A stretch of DNA of 64,000 nt from positions 2,692 to 66,691 of IMG/VR virus record IMGVR_UViG_3300044713_000119; one strand, written 5' to 3'. This document shows, piece after piece, positions 1-9,020 of the stretch (its first letter is position 1; each line of letters starts with the position of its first letter). This DNA is from a virus. Made by a program: the position numbers and the translations under genes. The notes below the pieces were generated by a model, which saw only the letters and a program-made list of their open reading frames with translations, had not been told where the DNA came from and searched no databases.

Positions 1-1945
1 GTTCAAGTACGTTCAAAATATACGGACCGGCTACGGGAGCGCCGCCGCCGCTCAAGTCCGCAACAATGGTCTTGCCAATCACGTTTACCGAAGCAACTAA
101 GAACGGTCCAAAGACCGGATCACCCGGAACCCAAGTATCCCCAACCAAAGTGAAATAGTCACCAGCCGTCACTCCGCTGATGTCATTCAAGGCCAGCGTT
201 GCACTCTGTGCCACGGAGAAGGTTACTACGGCTGGAGTACTAAACGGCTGTGGTGGGTCCGCTTCAGGGATAAAAGTAAACGGGCCGGCAGGTTGAGCTC
301 CAGCAACCGACAGAGCGACAATGTCCAAGGCATCATACATTCCGCCGGGGGGAACTACGGCAATTGGAGCAGGTCCGGCTGCTGCGCTATAAAGTCCTGC
401 ATTGGCTACGGCGCCGGACATGGTTGCGCTTGTGTACTCGATATAACCAGCGGGGAAGATGGTGATACCGACGGCGGTGACGGTGACGGTTTCATCGAGC
501 GAGGGTACTGCGGCACCGGCATTTGACATCCCAGAGGCAGTGAGTTGCTGCCCAACATAGACTTGGGTCGCATCCAACACATCGGCAATGACGGCACCGT
601 TCGAGGCGCGAAAGAGGGTACTGAGTTGCACTTGCAACGGGCCTTGGAAGGGGACGGCAAACACCGCAGCAGGATCTTCTGGAGATTGGCTATCGTTCCC
701 GTCGAGACGCAGGATAAAAGCTTGACGCAGCCCGGTTTCACCTACAAAGAATTGGTCGGTAAAGGCGGCCGTGGGTACGGTCGGAGGGGTGAAGGAACCG
801 CTCCCAAGGTTGGAAATCACAACCGGCTGATTAGTTGCTGCGCCGCTGAAAAAGCGGCTGTATGTGGTCGGTGCGGCAGATCCATGAGAGACGGCAGCAA
901 CATAGACATTCAGACAATTTGCTGCTGGCCAGTAAATCTGGGAATCGTTTAATCCCAGCACCGACGCAAGCCATGAGGGCATGCGTGGGCCACCGTAGAG
1001 CGGAGCATTCAAGCTTAGAGGGACGGTAGGCCCGGGGAGTTGACCCTGGGACTGGTATGCCAGCAGAAGCACGTCGTTGGTGACACTATTCTCGTAGATG
1101 ATGGGATCGGACCACAGGCTTTCGCCCTTAGCGTTGAAGTAGGACACGCGGACATAGACGTCCTGGCCCGAGGGGATATTACCTAACGGCCCTTGTCCGA
1201 AGATGCTGATTAACTGCGCGGGGTCTTCCGGTGGAGGAAGAAACGCTCCAATAAATGGCGAGTACTCAATCCAACCGCTGCGGCCAAACTGATCTTGAAT
1301 CACGCAAGGGTTAGATCCGCCCCCGGGCAGAAAATATCCGTCATAGATGGGCCATGGCGGTTCTGAACTACTAGCAAAACCAGCAGTGATACAGCGAAAC
1401 CAGCGTTTAGGATTCTGCGACGTTCTGACAATATCTCCAACGAAATAGTAGATTCCTGGGGCCCATTGAGACGCTACCGGGTTCTGGGAGATGGTTGCTG
1501 CCTGTCCAGTCGGGCCATCAATCACCATGGGCAAAGAAAGCGGCAGGATGAGGTTACTGAACGCCAAGTAGGCTCTGTTGTAGGCCAGAGAGTCTTGCAT
1601 GTTAGCGTTCACTGGGGGCGGTAGCGGAAGATTCATCACCGGAACCAGCGCGCCGTCACCGGCGGGAGACTCTTGATAAAGAATGCCATTCGACGTAAAT
1701 ACCAAGCCCAATTGTTTCGCGTAAGGTCCTAAGACATTCAGGACATCGAGCCCGGTCACGGCAGAGGACAGACCTGCACCACTCCGCATGGTATTCAAGT
1801 GGCCATAGCGTGTTGCCACACTTTCGGCGCGGAATCTGTTGTCTTGGCAGACCAGGGCTACGCCGTTCGGCATCTGGGAAGAGTCGTCCCAGTCGACGTG
1901 TCCGCCAAGGCGCGCGACCACCCACGGTGTAGTTCCCTTGGGCAT
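1..1945 (-). CDS. Tail nozzle / DNA stabilisation protein (P22 gp10 / T7 gp12-like), 3' end truncated by the window edge
   Basis: Not in the ORF track. Manual translation from ATG 1945 gives MPKGTTPWVVARLGGHVDWDDSSQMPNGVALVCQDNRFRAESVATRYG...; absence from the track is consistent with the frame running off the left edge. Beta-rich, includes a WAPGIYYFVGDIV carbohydrate-binding-like motif, and lies downstream of the adaptor. Confidence 0.65.
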   Translation of the reverse strand, partial: MPKGTTPWVVARLGGHVDWDDSSQMPNGVALVCQDNRFRAESVATRYGHLNTMRSGAGLSSAVTGLDVLNVLGPYAKQLGLVFTSNGILYQESPAGDGALVPVMNLPLPPPVNANMQDSLAYNRAYLAFSNLILPLSLPMVIDGPTGQAATISQNPVASQWAPGIYYFVGDIVRTSQNPKRWFRCITAGFASSSEPPWPIYDGYFLPGGGSNPCVIQDQFGRSGWIEYSPFIGAFLPPPEDPAQLISIFGQGPLGNIPSGQDVYVRVSYFNAKGESLWSDPIIYENSVTNDVLLLAYQSQGQLPGPTVPLSLNAPLYGGPRMPSWLASVLGLNDSQIYWPAANCLNVYVAAVSHGSAAPTTYSRFFSGAATNQPVVISNLGSGSFTPPTVPTAAFTDQFFVGETGLRQAFILRLDGNDSQSPEDPAAVFAVPFQGPLQVQLSTLFRASNGAVIADVLDATQVYVGQQLTASGMSNAGAAVPSLDETVTVTAVGITIFPAGYIEYTSATMSGAVANAGLYSAAAGPAPIAVVPPGGMYDALDIVALSVAGAQPAGPFTFIPEADPPQPFSTPAVVTFSVAQSATLALNDISGVTAGDYFTLVGDTWVPGDPVFGPFLVASVNVIGKTIVADLSGGGAPVAGPYILNVLE

Positions 1946-1962
1946 AGAGGCAAGGGAACGAC

Positions 1963-2355
1963 TTAGCCGCGCTTGTTACCTTGGCTGATGTCGAAGACGA
2001 TATCCTGGCCGAGAACGTTGGCGGGATAGGCGCCGGCAAGCGCAGTGTCGCCGCTCGAGTAGACGTACAACTGGTAGTTTTTGAGCGTCGGCGCCGCTGC
2101 ATTCTGAATCAGCCGGAAACTGTAGCCGTCAGGACCTGTGACAAACTCGCAGTTATCGGTGGGTGGCAGTGCAGCGACGGAACCGGCTACGTTGGTCGGC
2201 TTTCCCTGCGGCCACTTGGCAGTGTTTACGATTGTGGTTAGATCAATGACTTCCGGGGCAGCGTAGTTACCGGTGACCTGAATGGCAATCCGCCGCGTGA
2301 TATGGTTGCGGCTGATGTCGGGTTGTCGCACAAGCGTGATGCTCTTTACCGCCAT
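1963..2355 (-). CDS. Virion structural protein, unknown function
   Basis: 130-aa beta-rich ORF with strong RBS (CGGAGG) in the morphogenesis operon. Confidence 0.6.
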   Translation of the reverse strand: MAVKSITLVRQPDISRNHITRRIAIQVTGNYAAPEVIDLTTIVNTAKWPQGKPTNVAGSVAALPPTDNCEFVTGPDGYSFRLIQNAAAPTLKNYQLYVYSSGDTALAGAYPANVLGQDIVFDISQGNKRG

Positions 2356-2381
2356 GGTATAACCTCCGTGAGATTAGAAAT

Positions 2382-3122
2382 TCAAGTTAAAGGGTTCCCG
2401 GGCACAAAATAGCCTGGACCGCCATTCCACTGACTGCGCCGGCTGCCTAAGCGCTGCCGCTGACTCTGCTGGGATTTGACCTGGGTCGATTCAAACAATC
2501 CAACGGCCTGCGTGAGCCAGCCTTCGATGTCAGTTTTGAGTGTGTCCTGGCCGCCACGCTTTGAGAGAATCATGATCGAGATCCCGTAGGCCAAGATATT
2601 GACGACGCCGCGGACAGGTTGGTTAGGTGAGTCGGCATCGAGATCCACCGGAAGCGACTGGTAGCGCACGCGAATATCGGTATCCTGGGATGATGGGCTG
2701 ATGTAGATCACGCCACCACGCCACTCGTAACTGTCGATCCCGATTTCTTCTGAAGTGACTGGGACGCCCGGGAGTCCGGTTCCGGTGTCGGTGTCGTAAA
2801 CTTTCTGGACGTTTTCTACGGGCTGCCATTCAAGTTGAGTCTGGCCAGCCAAGCGCCATTCGAGCAATAGCGGCAGTTCAAGACAGGCGAGGGGTGCGCC
2901 TTCTTGCTGAAATGACGAAAGATCAGTGGTATTCGCCGGCACGTCGGGCAGAATAACGACTTCGGTCGAGAAATTCAGATCGAGGTTTTCAAACCGCTGC
3001 ATGAGATCATCGTTGACGATCTCAAGAAAGCGGCAAATATAGTCGGGGTTGGCAATATCATCGACACTGCCAACCCCGGAGAGCAACGTCTGTACCCGGC
3101 GAATGATGAGGTTAACGGACAT
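2382..3122 (-). CDS. Head-to-tail adaptor (P22 gp4 / T7 gp11-like)
   Basis: 246 aa, helical N- and C-termini around a beta core (YEWRGGVIYISP...IRVRYQ); lies between capsid and nozzle genes. Confidence 0.55.
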   Translation of the reverse strand: MSVNLIIRRVQTLLSGVGSVDDIANPDYICRFLEIVNDDLMQRFENLDLNFSTEVVILPDVPANTTDLSSFQQEGAPLACLELPLLLEWRLAGQTQLEWQPVENVQKVYDTDTGTGLPGVPVTSEEIGIDSYEWRGGVIYISPSSQDTDIRVRYQSLPVDLDADSPNQPVRGVVNILAYGISIMILSKRGGQDTLKTDIEGWLTQAVGLFESTQVKSQQSQRQRLGSRRSQWNGGPGYFVPGNPLT

Positions 3123-4220
3123 TTACTCGGTGTCGTCTTCTTTCGCTTTTCTGCGGCCGCCAGACTTTTTGTGTTCCTCGGTCGGCTCCTCAACCCCACC
3201 ACTGGCAGCCAGCGCATCCCGCAACATCTCTGCGCGATGTTCATCTGCCGGCTTGACCATGGGATAGAGACCGAGTTCAACAAGCTGGTCTTTGGTCAAC
3301 CGCCGCAACGCCAGTTTCGCGCCCGGTGTGTCGACATCGATTAGCATGGCCTTGTAGGCTTCGTAGGGCTCGAAGATGTGCGTACACTGGCCGTTGGTGC
3401 ATTTCATGGCTGAAGCTTTCGCTTCGTGGCCGCATTGCGGACACTCGCGCGGGGGCTGTGCAGCCATATTCTTTGGGGTATACCAGCCAGGCCACTTCTG
3501 GATGACGCCCCAGAATTTCAGCATTTCGCACATCTTGCGATCGTTGGGACCGATTTCCGAGCGGCTTTGCCCGGGCCGCTTCCCGCGGAGTTCGTTCGCA
3601 TAGATCACGTCAATTGCGTCCATGCGCTGGCTGTAGTAAGCGAGCTGCGCGCGGTGAGCGCCGTCGATGGCTTCCTGCAAACCGATCGAGGTAACTGTGT
3701 CTGGACTTTGACCAAAGTCTCCTGGCAGCCACGCCTTCACGTCGGCCCCATCGTCGAGCAACTGATACGGTGGTAGGGTTCCCGAGTAGCAGAACAGTCC
3801 ACCAACCCGGTTTCGCATCGAGTTATTGTGCTGGTACATGTAGTCGAGTGCGAGACTTACAGGCAGGACTTCTTCGTAGGTCTGGTCGCCGGATTCGTTC
3901 GGAACGTTCACAATTTTGTAGTCGGTAAAGAGGTGGGAAGCGTAGCTCAGTTTGCGGCCTTCTGAGGTTGCCAACCGAATCGATTCTTCGTTGGTTGGGG
4001 GAAGGGCTGCGTTAATGCGCATGTCGGTATGGATCGCACCGGTAGCGCATAGTGACCACGGATGAAGGTTGACTAATGTGATCTGGTCCCACCGTGTATT
4101 ACGCATTCTCATGCGCAAGCGGGCGATGCCGGAAAGTTCTTTGGCGCGGGTTGGACTAACCCAGCGATTGACTTCTGATGCTGCGTGTCCTTCGTCGTAC
4201 ATTCTTGCTGGTGATCCCAT
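3123..4220 (-). CDS. Hypothetical protein with C-terminal zinc ribbon
   Basis: 365-aa ORF containing CPQCG...KCTNGQC; abuts the adaptor gene. Confidence 0.7.
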   Translation of the reverse strand: MGSPARMYDEGHAASEVNRWVSPTRAKELSGIARLRMRMRNTRWDQITLVNLHPWSLCATGAIHTDMRINAALPPTNEESIRLATSEGRKLSYASHLFTDYKIVNVPNESGDQTYEEVLPVSLALDYMYQHNNSMRNRVGGLFCYSGTLPPYQLLDDGADVKAWLPGDFGQSPDTVTSIGLQEAIDGAHRAQLAYYSQRMDAIDVIYANELRGKRPGQSRSEIGPNDRKMCEMLKFWGVIQKWPGWYTPKNMAAQPPRECPQCGHEAKASAMKCTNGQCTHIFEPYEAYKAMLIDVDTPGAKLALRRLTKDQLVELGLYPMVKPADEHRAEMLRDALAASGGVEEPTEEHKKSGGRRKAKEDDTE

Positions 4221-4272
4221 ACGTTATTTCCTTTGGTTTAAGGTCCCCGGAAGTGCGAGACCGATTGACTAA

Positions 4273-5121
4273 CTAATTCCCAACATGCCCGCGGAGTCCT
4301 GCGCGTTCTGCGAGCTTCGTGCGCATCGCTCCAGCCGCAAGCGACGACCCCAAGTACGGCGCCATGGTGTCGCGAATCATCTGCTGGCGCATTTCTGATT
4401 TCTTCTCTTCGAGATGCCGCCAGCGCGCAGCAGTTTCGTTCATCCGAATTGCTCGTCGCGCTTCTTTGTCAGCGCCGTACTGCTTCATGTTTTCGGAGTC
4501 AAGAAACTGAATCATGTCCTCGAGTAGCGAGAGTGCAGGAATCTCCGGCCAGGACAGTTGCACAATCATCGGACCTTCGCGCGATCGCTCCACTCGCTCT
4601 GAGGCAAACTCGTAATCACCACGTTCTGGATACGGTCCGTTGACGTTGTTGTTCGCATCGCCTTTCCAGAGAAACATCGAAGAGTTCCAATACTCTGGAG
4701 TACCAAAGTGCGATGCCGGTCTCCACATCTGAAGTATCCAACCTTCAATGGTTGGATAGCGCATGACTTTCTCAACACCGACAAAGGTGCGTGTTGGCTT
4801 CTTGGTGCTTGGCACTAACACCGGCGACTCCGCCCAAACCATCTTCGAGCGAGCTCCAGCCATGGACGGATGATTGAGCATGTGACACTTCTGGATGGTG
4901 CCGCCTTGGACTAAGCCGCCTTGCTCTTCGACGGTAAGGTTGTCATCCCAAGTCAAATGCTCTCCGCCGCGAAGTGCGTAAACGTGTTGTGCGAGAGCAA
5001 GCCTGTAGCGAGGCTCTCCGTAGGGATTGAAGCCGGCTGCTTTACAGATTGCGTTGCGTAATGATTTCGGAGCCAGCCCCATGGGGGCTACATCATCGCG
5101 GAAATTCGATTCTTTTTTCAT
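4273..5121 (-). CDS. Hypothetical phage protein (late operon)
   Basis: 282-aa ORF co-oriented with the capsid operon. Confidence 0.7.
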   Translation of the reverse strand: MKKESNFRDDVAPMGLAPKSLRNAICKAAGFNPYGEPRYRLALAQHVYALRGGEHLTWDDNLTVEEQGGLVQGGTIQKCHMLNHPSMAGARSKMVWAESPVLVPSTKKPTRTFVGVEKVMRYPTIEGWILQMWRPASHFGTPEYWNSSMFLWKGDANNNVNGPYPERGDYEFASERVERSREGPMIVQLSWPEIPALSLLEDMIQFLDSENMKQYGADKEARRAIRMNETAARWRHLEEKKSEMRQQMIRDTMAPYLGSSLAAGAMRTKLAERAGLRGHVGN

Positions 5122-5133
5122 GAGAAGAGAGGT

Positions 5134-5170
5134 AAAATAGAAAGGCGGCCGGCTCTGAACCGGTCCGCCT
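5134..5170 (-). terminator. Putative Rho-independent terminator
   Basis: Minus strand AGGCGGACCGG-ttcagag-CCGGCCGCCT hairpin followed by TTCTATTTT. Confidence 0.55.
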
Positions 5171-5198
5171 CAACACCGTTCCTGAGAAAGAGGAGACG

Positions 5199-6050
5199 AT
5201 GCCTAGACCGAAGTTTATCAAAGAAACCCGCTACGAATACCTGAAAAGAGTCCTGTACGAGCCGTGGCCTGAAAACGATGGCTGCATGATCTGGCCGTGG
5301 AACCGAACCCGCTTCGGACACGGCACATTCCGGCTTCCTGACCGTACCGGCACCATGGCCCACCGCGAGGCGTACAAACTCTGGTATGGATCTTACCCAG
5401 AGCCGTGCGGGCGTCACGTTTGCCCGATCGAGCCGTGCCAGGCTTGTTTTCGGCCAAACCACATCATCCCGGGCACCATCCTCGAAAACAATCACGACAT
5501 GATTGAGGCGGGTCGCCATCGCAACCAGTACACCGGTCCACTCCCAAAGCGAATGAAGTTTGCGCGTAACCATGGAAGGAAGACCGACAAGCGTCTGTAT
5601 GACTGGCTGCTTGAAAAGATCGCAGAGCATGGCGACAAAGACGAATGCCTGCTCTGGGAGTGGTCTTGCAACACCGCTGGTATTCCAAACATCCGAGACC
5701 TTGATGGAAGGAAAGTTCTCGTCGCGAGACTCGTCTACAAGATCATTCACGGGCATTGGCCAGAGGGCTACGCACGTCTCATGTGCGAGCAGCGGCTTTG
5801 TTTCGCCCCGGTTCACATTGCTGACGTTCCGCAGCTGGACGTGCATATAGCTACAGCAAAGAAAGGTGGTCCACAGAGACGCGGCGCAAATAACGGCTCT
5901 GCTAAATTGACAGAAGATAAAGTAAGAGAGATTAGGGCACTCTATGCTACCGGATACCATTCTCAGCAGAGCATTGCCGACAGGTTTGGGGTGTGGCAAA
6001 CGGTCATCAGTGCAATCATAAGAAAAACCAAGTGGGGTCATATTGAGTGA
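5199..6050 (+). CDS. HNH homing endonuclease (two HNH-like repeats plus C-terminal HTH), inserted antisense to the late operon
   Basis: GCMIWPW...AHREAY...RHVC...CFRPNHIIPGTILENNHDM repeated as ECLLWEW...CFAPVH; C-terminal GANNGSAKLTEDKVREIR...SQQSIADRFGV HTH; RBS GAGGAG. Confidence 0.85.
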   Translation: MPRPKFIKETRYEYLKRVLYEPWPENDGCMIWPWNRTRFGHGTFRLPDRTGTMAHREAYKLWYGSYPEPCGRHVCPIEPCQACFRPNHIIPGTILENNHDMIEAGRHRNQYTGPLPKRMKFARNHGRKTDKRLYDWLLEKIAEHGDKDECLLWEWSCNTAGIPNIRDLDGRKVLVARLVYKIIHGHWPEGYARLMCEQRLCFAPVHIADVPQLDVHIATAKKGGPQRRGANNGSAKLTEDKVREIRALYATGYHSQQSIADRFGVWQTVISAIIRKTKWGHIE

Positions 6051-6058
6051 CCCCACTT
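6020..6058 (-). terminator. Perfect 11-bp hairpin, likely capsid-gene terminator
   Basis: AAGTGGGGTCA-tattgag-TGACCCCACTT (6030-6058) followed on the minus strand by GGTTTTTCTT; 32 nt after the capsid stop and overlapping the HNH stop. Confidence 0.6.
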
Positions 6059-6090
6059 CGTAAGTTTGAAATATGTTATCCATATGGTTA

Positions 6091-7362
6091 CTACGAACCA
6101 TACACATAACCAGCAGGCGAGGCACAGTCCGAAATCACGAGTTGGGCCACGGCATTTGAAATGTAAAAATTCAAGGGGTTTACGTGCGTACTGGCGAGTT
6201 GGGTAGTCGGTCTCCCCGTGTTGGGATCCATGTAACTGTAAACGCGTTGCCCGTTGATCATGAGCCAATACGGGTCTGCGAATTTCACGCGCCCGAACGA
6301 GTCAGGCTGCAACAGGAACCATGATGCCTGGTCCGCGTTGACGCCGCGCTTGATCGGGATTCCGTCCACGGTGATGCTGCCCTGGAAGAACAGGTCGAGA
6401 CCTTTTGCCTCGCCCATGACCGGGTAGTACTGACGGTCGTAGCCGAGCTCTTTGTAGGAGTCGATCTGCGCATCGTGGGTATAGAAGAAAGAACCCTTCA
6501 GCGCTTTCTGGTTGAGACGGTTGTTCCGAATCGTCATGCCAAGCTGGAGAGCCGGCAGTGTGATTTGGGAGTTCCCGTTATCGAAGCCCGAAGCCTGAGT
6601 ATAAGGATTCGAGCGCGGAATGCCGTGCAGGTTGGTGCCGGCTGCTGAGGAGGTGCTAACCATATAGCGCAAGCCGTTCACGCCAATGGGAGCGCCGTCA
6701 GTCAAGCCACCGTAGCGAAGGATGTCATTCGCTGCGGCGCCCGGAACGTCAGCAGTGTTGTAGACGATGTTCTGCTGGCTGCCAATGAACTGGAAGCGGT
6801 TTTGAATGGTGATGGAACCACGCTTGATGTTGGTGGCAGGATTCACTACATCGACAGTCTGGCCTTGCTGCACCAAACGTGCGCCGAACGGAGTGACGTT
6901 CAGGGTGTAAGTCTTGGTCGCAGCCGAGACCGAGGAGACTGTTCCCAAGGTGCCCATGCCGTCAGTCTGGAGCAGAGCATCTGTCCACTGCTTTTCCATG
7001 TTCACAAGGCCATCAAGGGCGCGTGCGACTGCGTTCTCGATAGAGACCTTGTTATCCACGGCTCCGCCAACCAACGTTACTAACTCCGTCCAGTTAGTTG
7101 AAGAGGCAATGCAAGACGGAGTTACCGCACCAGCCAGCCAGTCCGGAGAACTGCCGGCGGGAACCACATCACCGTCGAGGTTCATGTAGCGCGAATCACC
7201 AGGCAGAGCATCTTCCATCACAATACGGAAGGCGCGTGGCGAAACTTGTTCGGCTCGCCCGTTGTTGAGTTGCGCATACAACTCATCGTCAGTGAGCCAG
7301 AGTTTGTCGATCAAAGGGTCAACCCCTTCAATGTAGAGATTTGCAGTTGAGAAAATATCCAT
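6091..7362 (-). CDS. Major capsid protein (HK97 fold, P22-coat-like size)
   Basis: 423 aa directly after the scaffold; LLQTDGMGTLG and GVNGLRYMV segments typical of podovirus coats; strong RBS. Confidence 0.8.
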   Translation of the reverse strand: MDIFSTANLYIEGVDPLIDKLWLTDDELYAQLNNGRAEQVSPRAFRIVMEDALPGDSRYMNLDGDVVPAGSSPDWLAGAVTPSCIASSTNWTELVTLVGGAVDNKVSIENAVARALDGLVNMEKQWTDALLQTDGMGTLGTVSSVSAATKTYTLNVTPFGARLVQQGQTVDVVNPATNIKRGSITIQNRFQFIGSQQNIVYNTADVPGAAANDILRYGGLTDGAPIGVNGLRYMVSTSSAAGTNLHGIPRSNPYTQASGFDNGNSQITLPALQLGMTIRNNRLNQKALKGSFFYTHDAQIDSYKELGYDRQYYPVMGEAKGLDLFFQGSITVDGIPIKRGVNADQASWFLLQPDSFGRVKFADPYWLMINGQRVYSYMDPNTGRPTTQLASTHVNPLNFYISNAVAQLVISDCASPAGYVYGS

Positions 7363-7412
7363 AAAGATGGCCTCCGTGAGAGGAAACGTCGATCAGACTT
7401 CTGGTTCGCTCC

Positions 7413-8966
7413 TCACGCAGTCCGAGCTTGCCGTAGCTTCACAACTTCAGTCATAAATTCCTGATTGAAGGTGGAAGTGATACGGCCGTCATGCTTCGCC
7501 AGTACGTTCTGGCGGGCCTGGGCTTGCAGTTGCTCTTCTGTGATGGCTTTGCCACCAGGAGCCGCTGCAGCCGAGACGCTCGAAGGATTCATCCGGTCAC
7601 GGTTGATCTGCGTGTCAATGGTTTCATGCTTGGCTTTGTTGCGGTCAACCACGGCTCCGAACCCCGGAAGGACTTTCTCCGCGGCTATCGGAATACCGAT
7701 TTCGAGGTATTCGCGGTTGAGTGCGACGAGGTCTTTGCGAGCCTGTTCGGTTTGGCCACGATCAAAGTTGGCAAAATAGATGCTCTTCAGACGGTTGTAC
7801 TCGCGGTTTCCAGCCAGCCATTTCGCGCACTCGCTGAAAATCTCCGAAGTAGCTTTCGTCTTGAGGGCATCATTTAGCCCCGTCATGTTTACGATTGCGC
7901 CGGCCATCGTGGATCCGACGGCAACGGTGTCATTAAGTACAGAACCTTCAAAAACCTTTTCGCCAGCTTCTTTCGTTTTCGCATCGCGTGCGCGCGAGTC
8001 TTTAAGTTCGCGGTCGGCAGCATCCAACCGTGCTTGAACCTCTGGGGAGACTGCAGCAGGCGCGCTGCCCGGCTTGCGGTAGCCGTTCTGGGCGAATTTC
8101 TGGATCTCTTGAGCCGCGTCGGCCAAGGCTTCGTAATAGCCTTTGTCTTCATCGCTTGTAGCCTGGGTAGCCAATTGGCGCAAAGTTTGTTCGCCTTGTG
8201 CGGTCCAGAACTGCCCTGCCATGTCGATAAACCGCGTGACTGAGCCATCCGTTTGGAAGGCCTTGCCGTCCGCAGTCTTCAGCGGTTGACCGTCTTCACC
8301 AGTGATCGCACTCAGTGGCAGTAGGCGATCCATGATGAAACTGTCGAACGTGGCCATATCCTTGATACCGAGGAAGCCGTCTTCGACGTCGTAGAAGTGA
8401 GCAGCGTTTTCCTGCATGTGTTTTGCGGCTGCGAGTGTTGGAGCAATCGCCTTGTACTGACTGGTTTCAGCCGCTAGGCGTGCGTTCGCAACCAGCGTGT
8501 CTTTGTCGAGTCCCTTCGCAGCCATTTGCGCAGCGAATGCAGGGTCTTCGTCAAAGGCTTTCGCAATCGTTTCGGCCGGCAGTGGGCCAATTTTGTCGAG
8601 CGGGTTCGGTGCAACTGCTTCCGGTTTTGCTGGCTCGCCAGGCTTTGGCTCTTCTACTTTTGCGGGCTCGCCCGGCTTGGGTTCTTCTGCCGCAACCGCT
8701 TCCGGCGGCTTCTCTTCCGGCTTCTTGCCAGCAAGAGCGGCTTCGAACTGGTTTTGAGGAACTTTCGCGAGCTCGTCGCGGAGTTTGTCAAGCTGACTCT
8801 TCGGCTCTGCGCTCGCCGGGGCTGCTGCCGCAGGCGCCGCAGGTGTTGATGGAGTTGCGGGAGTTGCTGGGGAAGATGGCGCGGAACTTGCACCGCTTCC
8901 TGGTGCTGAACTTACCGATGGAGCAGACGTGCCTCCACTAGCCGGTGCTGCTGGTGTGTCTGGCAT
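7413..8966 (-). CDS. Capsid scaffolding/assembly protein
   Basis: 517 aa with Pro/Ala/Glu-rich disordered N-terminus (EEPKPGEPAK twice) and helical body; located between portal and capsid. Confidence 0.7.
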   Translation of the reverse strand: MPDTPAAPASGGTSAPSVSSAPGSGASSAPSSPATPATPSTPAAPAAAAPASAEPKSQLDKLRDELAKVPQNQFEAALAGKKPEEKPPEAVAAEEPKPGEPAKVEEPKPGEPAKPEAVAPNPLDKIGPLPAETIAKAFDEDPAFAAQMAAKGLDKDTLVANARLAAETSQYKAIAPTLAAAKHMQENAAHFYDVEDGFLGIKDMATFDSFIMDRLLPLSAITGEDGQPLKTADGKAFQTDGSVTRFIDMAGQFWTAQGEQTLRQLATQATSDEDKGYYEALADAAQEIQKFAQNGYRKPGSAPAAVSPEVQARLDAADRELKDSRARDAKTKEAGEKVFEGSVLNDTVAVGSTMAGAIVNMTGLNDALKTKATSEIFSECAKWLAGNREYNRLKSIYFANFDRGQTEQARKDLVALNREYLEIGIPIAAEKVLPGFGAVVDRNKAKHETIDTQINRDRMNPSSVSAAAAPGGKAITEEQLQAQARQNVLAKHDGRITSTFNQEFMTEVVKLRQARTA

Positions 8967-9020
8967 GATAGTTCTCCTTAAAAAGTTCAGCAGAGCCCGT
9001 CATGCGCTCTGCTGTGGTAT

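Noticed and set aside
5118-6125. 335-aa minus-strand ORF
   Set aside because: Antisense shadow of the HNH gene, which has clear motifs and an RBS; the shadow has no recognisable features
8610-8690. Tandem EEPKPGEPAK repeat in the scaffold
   Set aside because: Ordinary low-complexity duplication in a disordered linker
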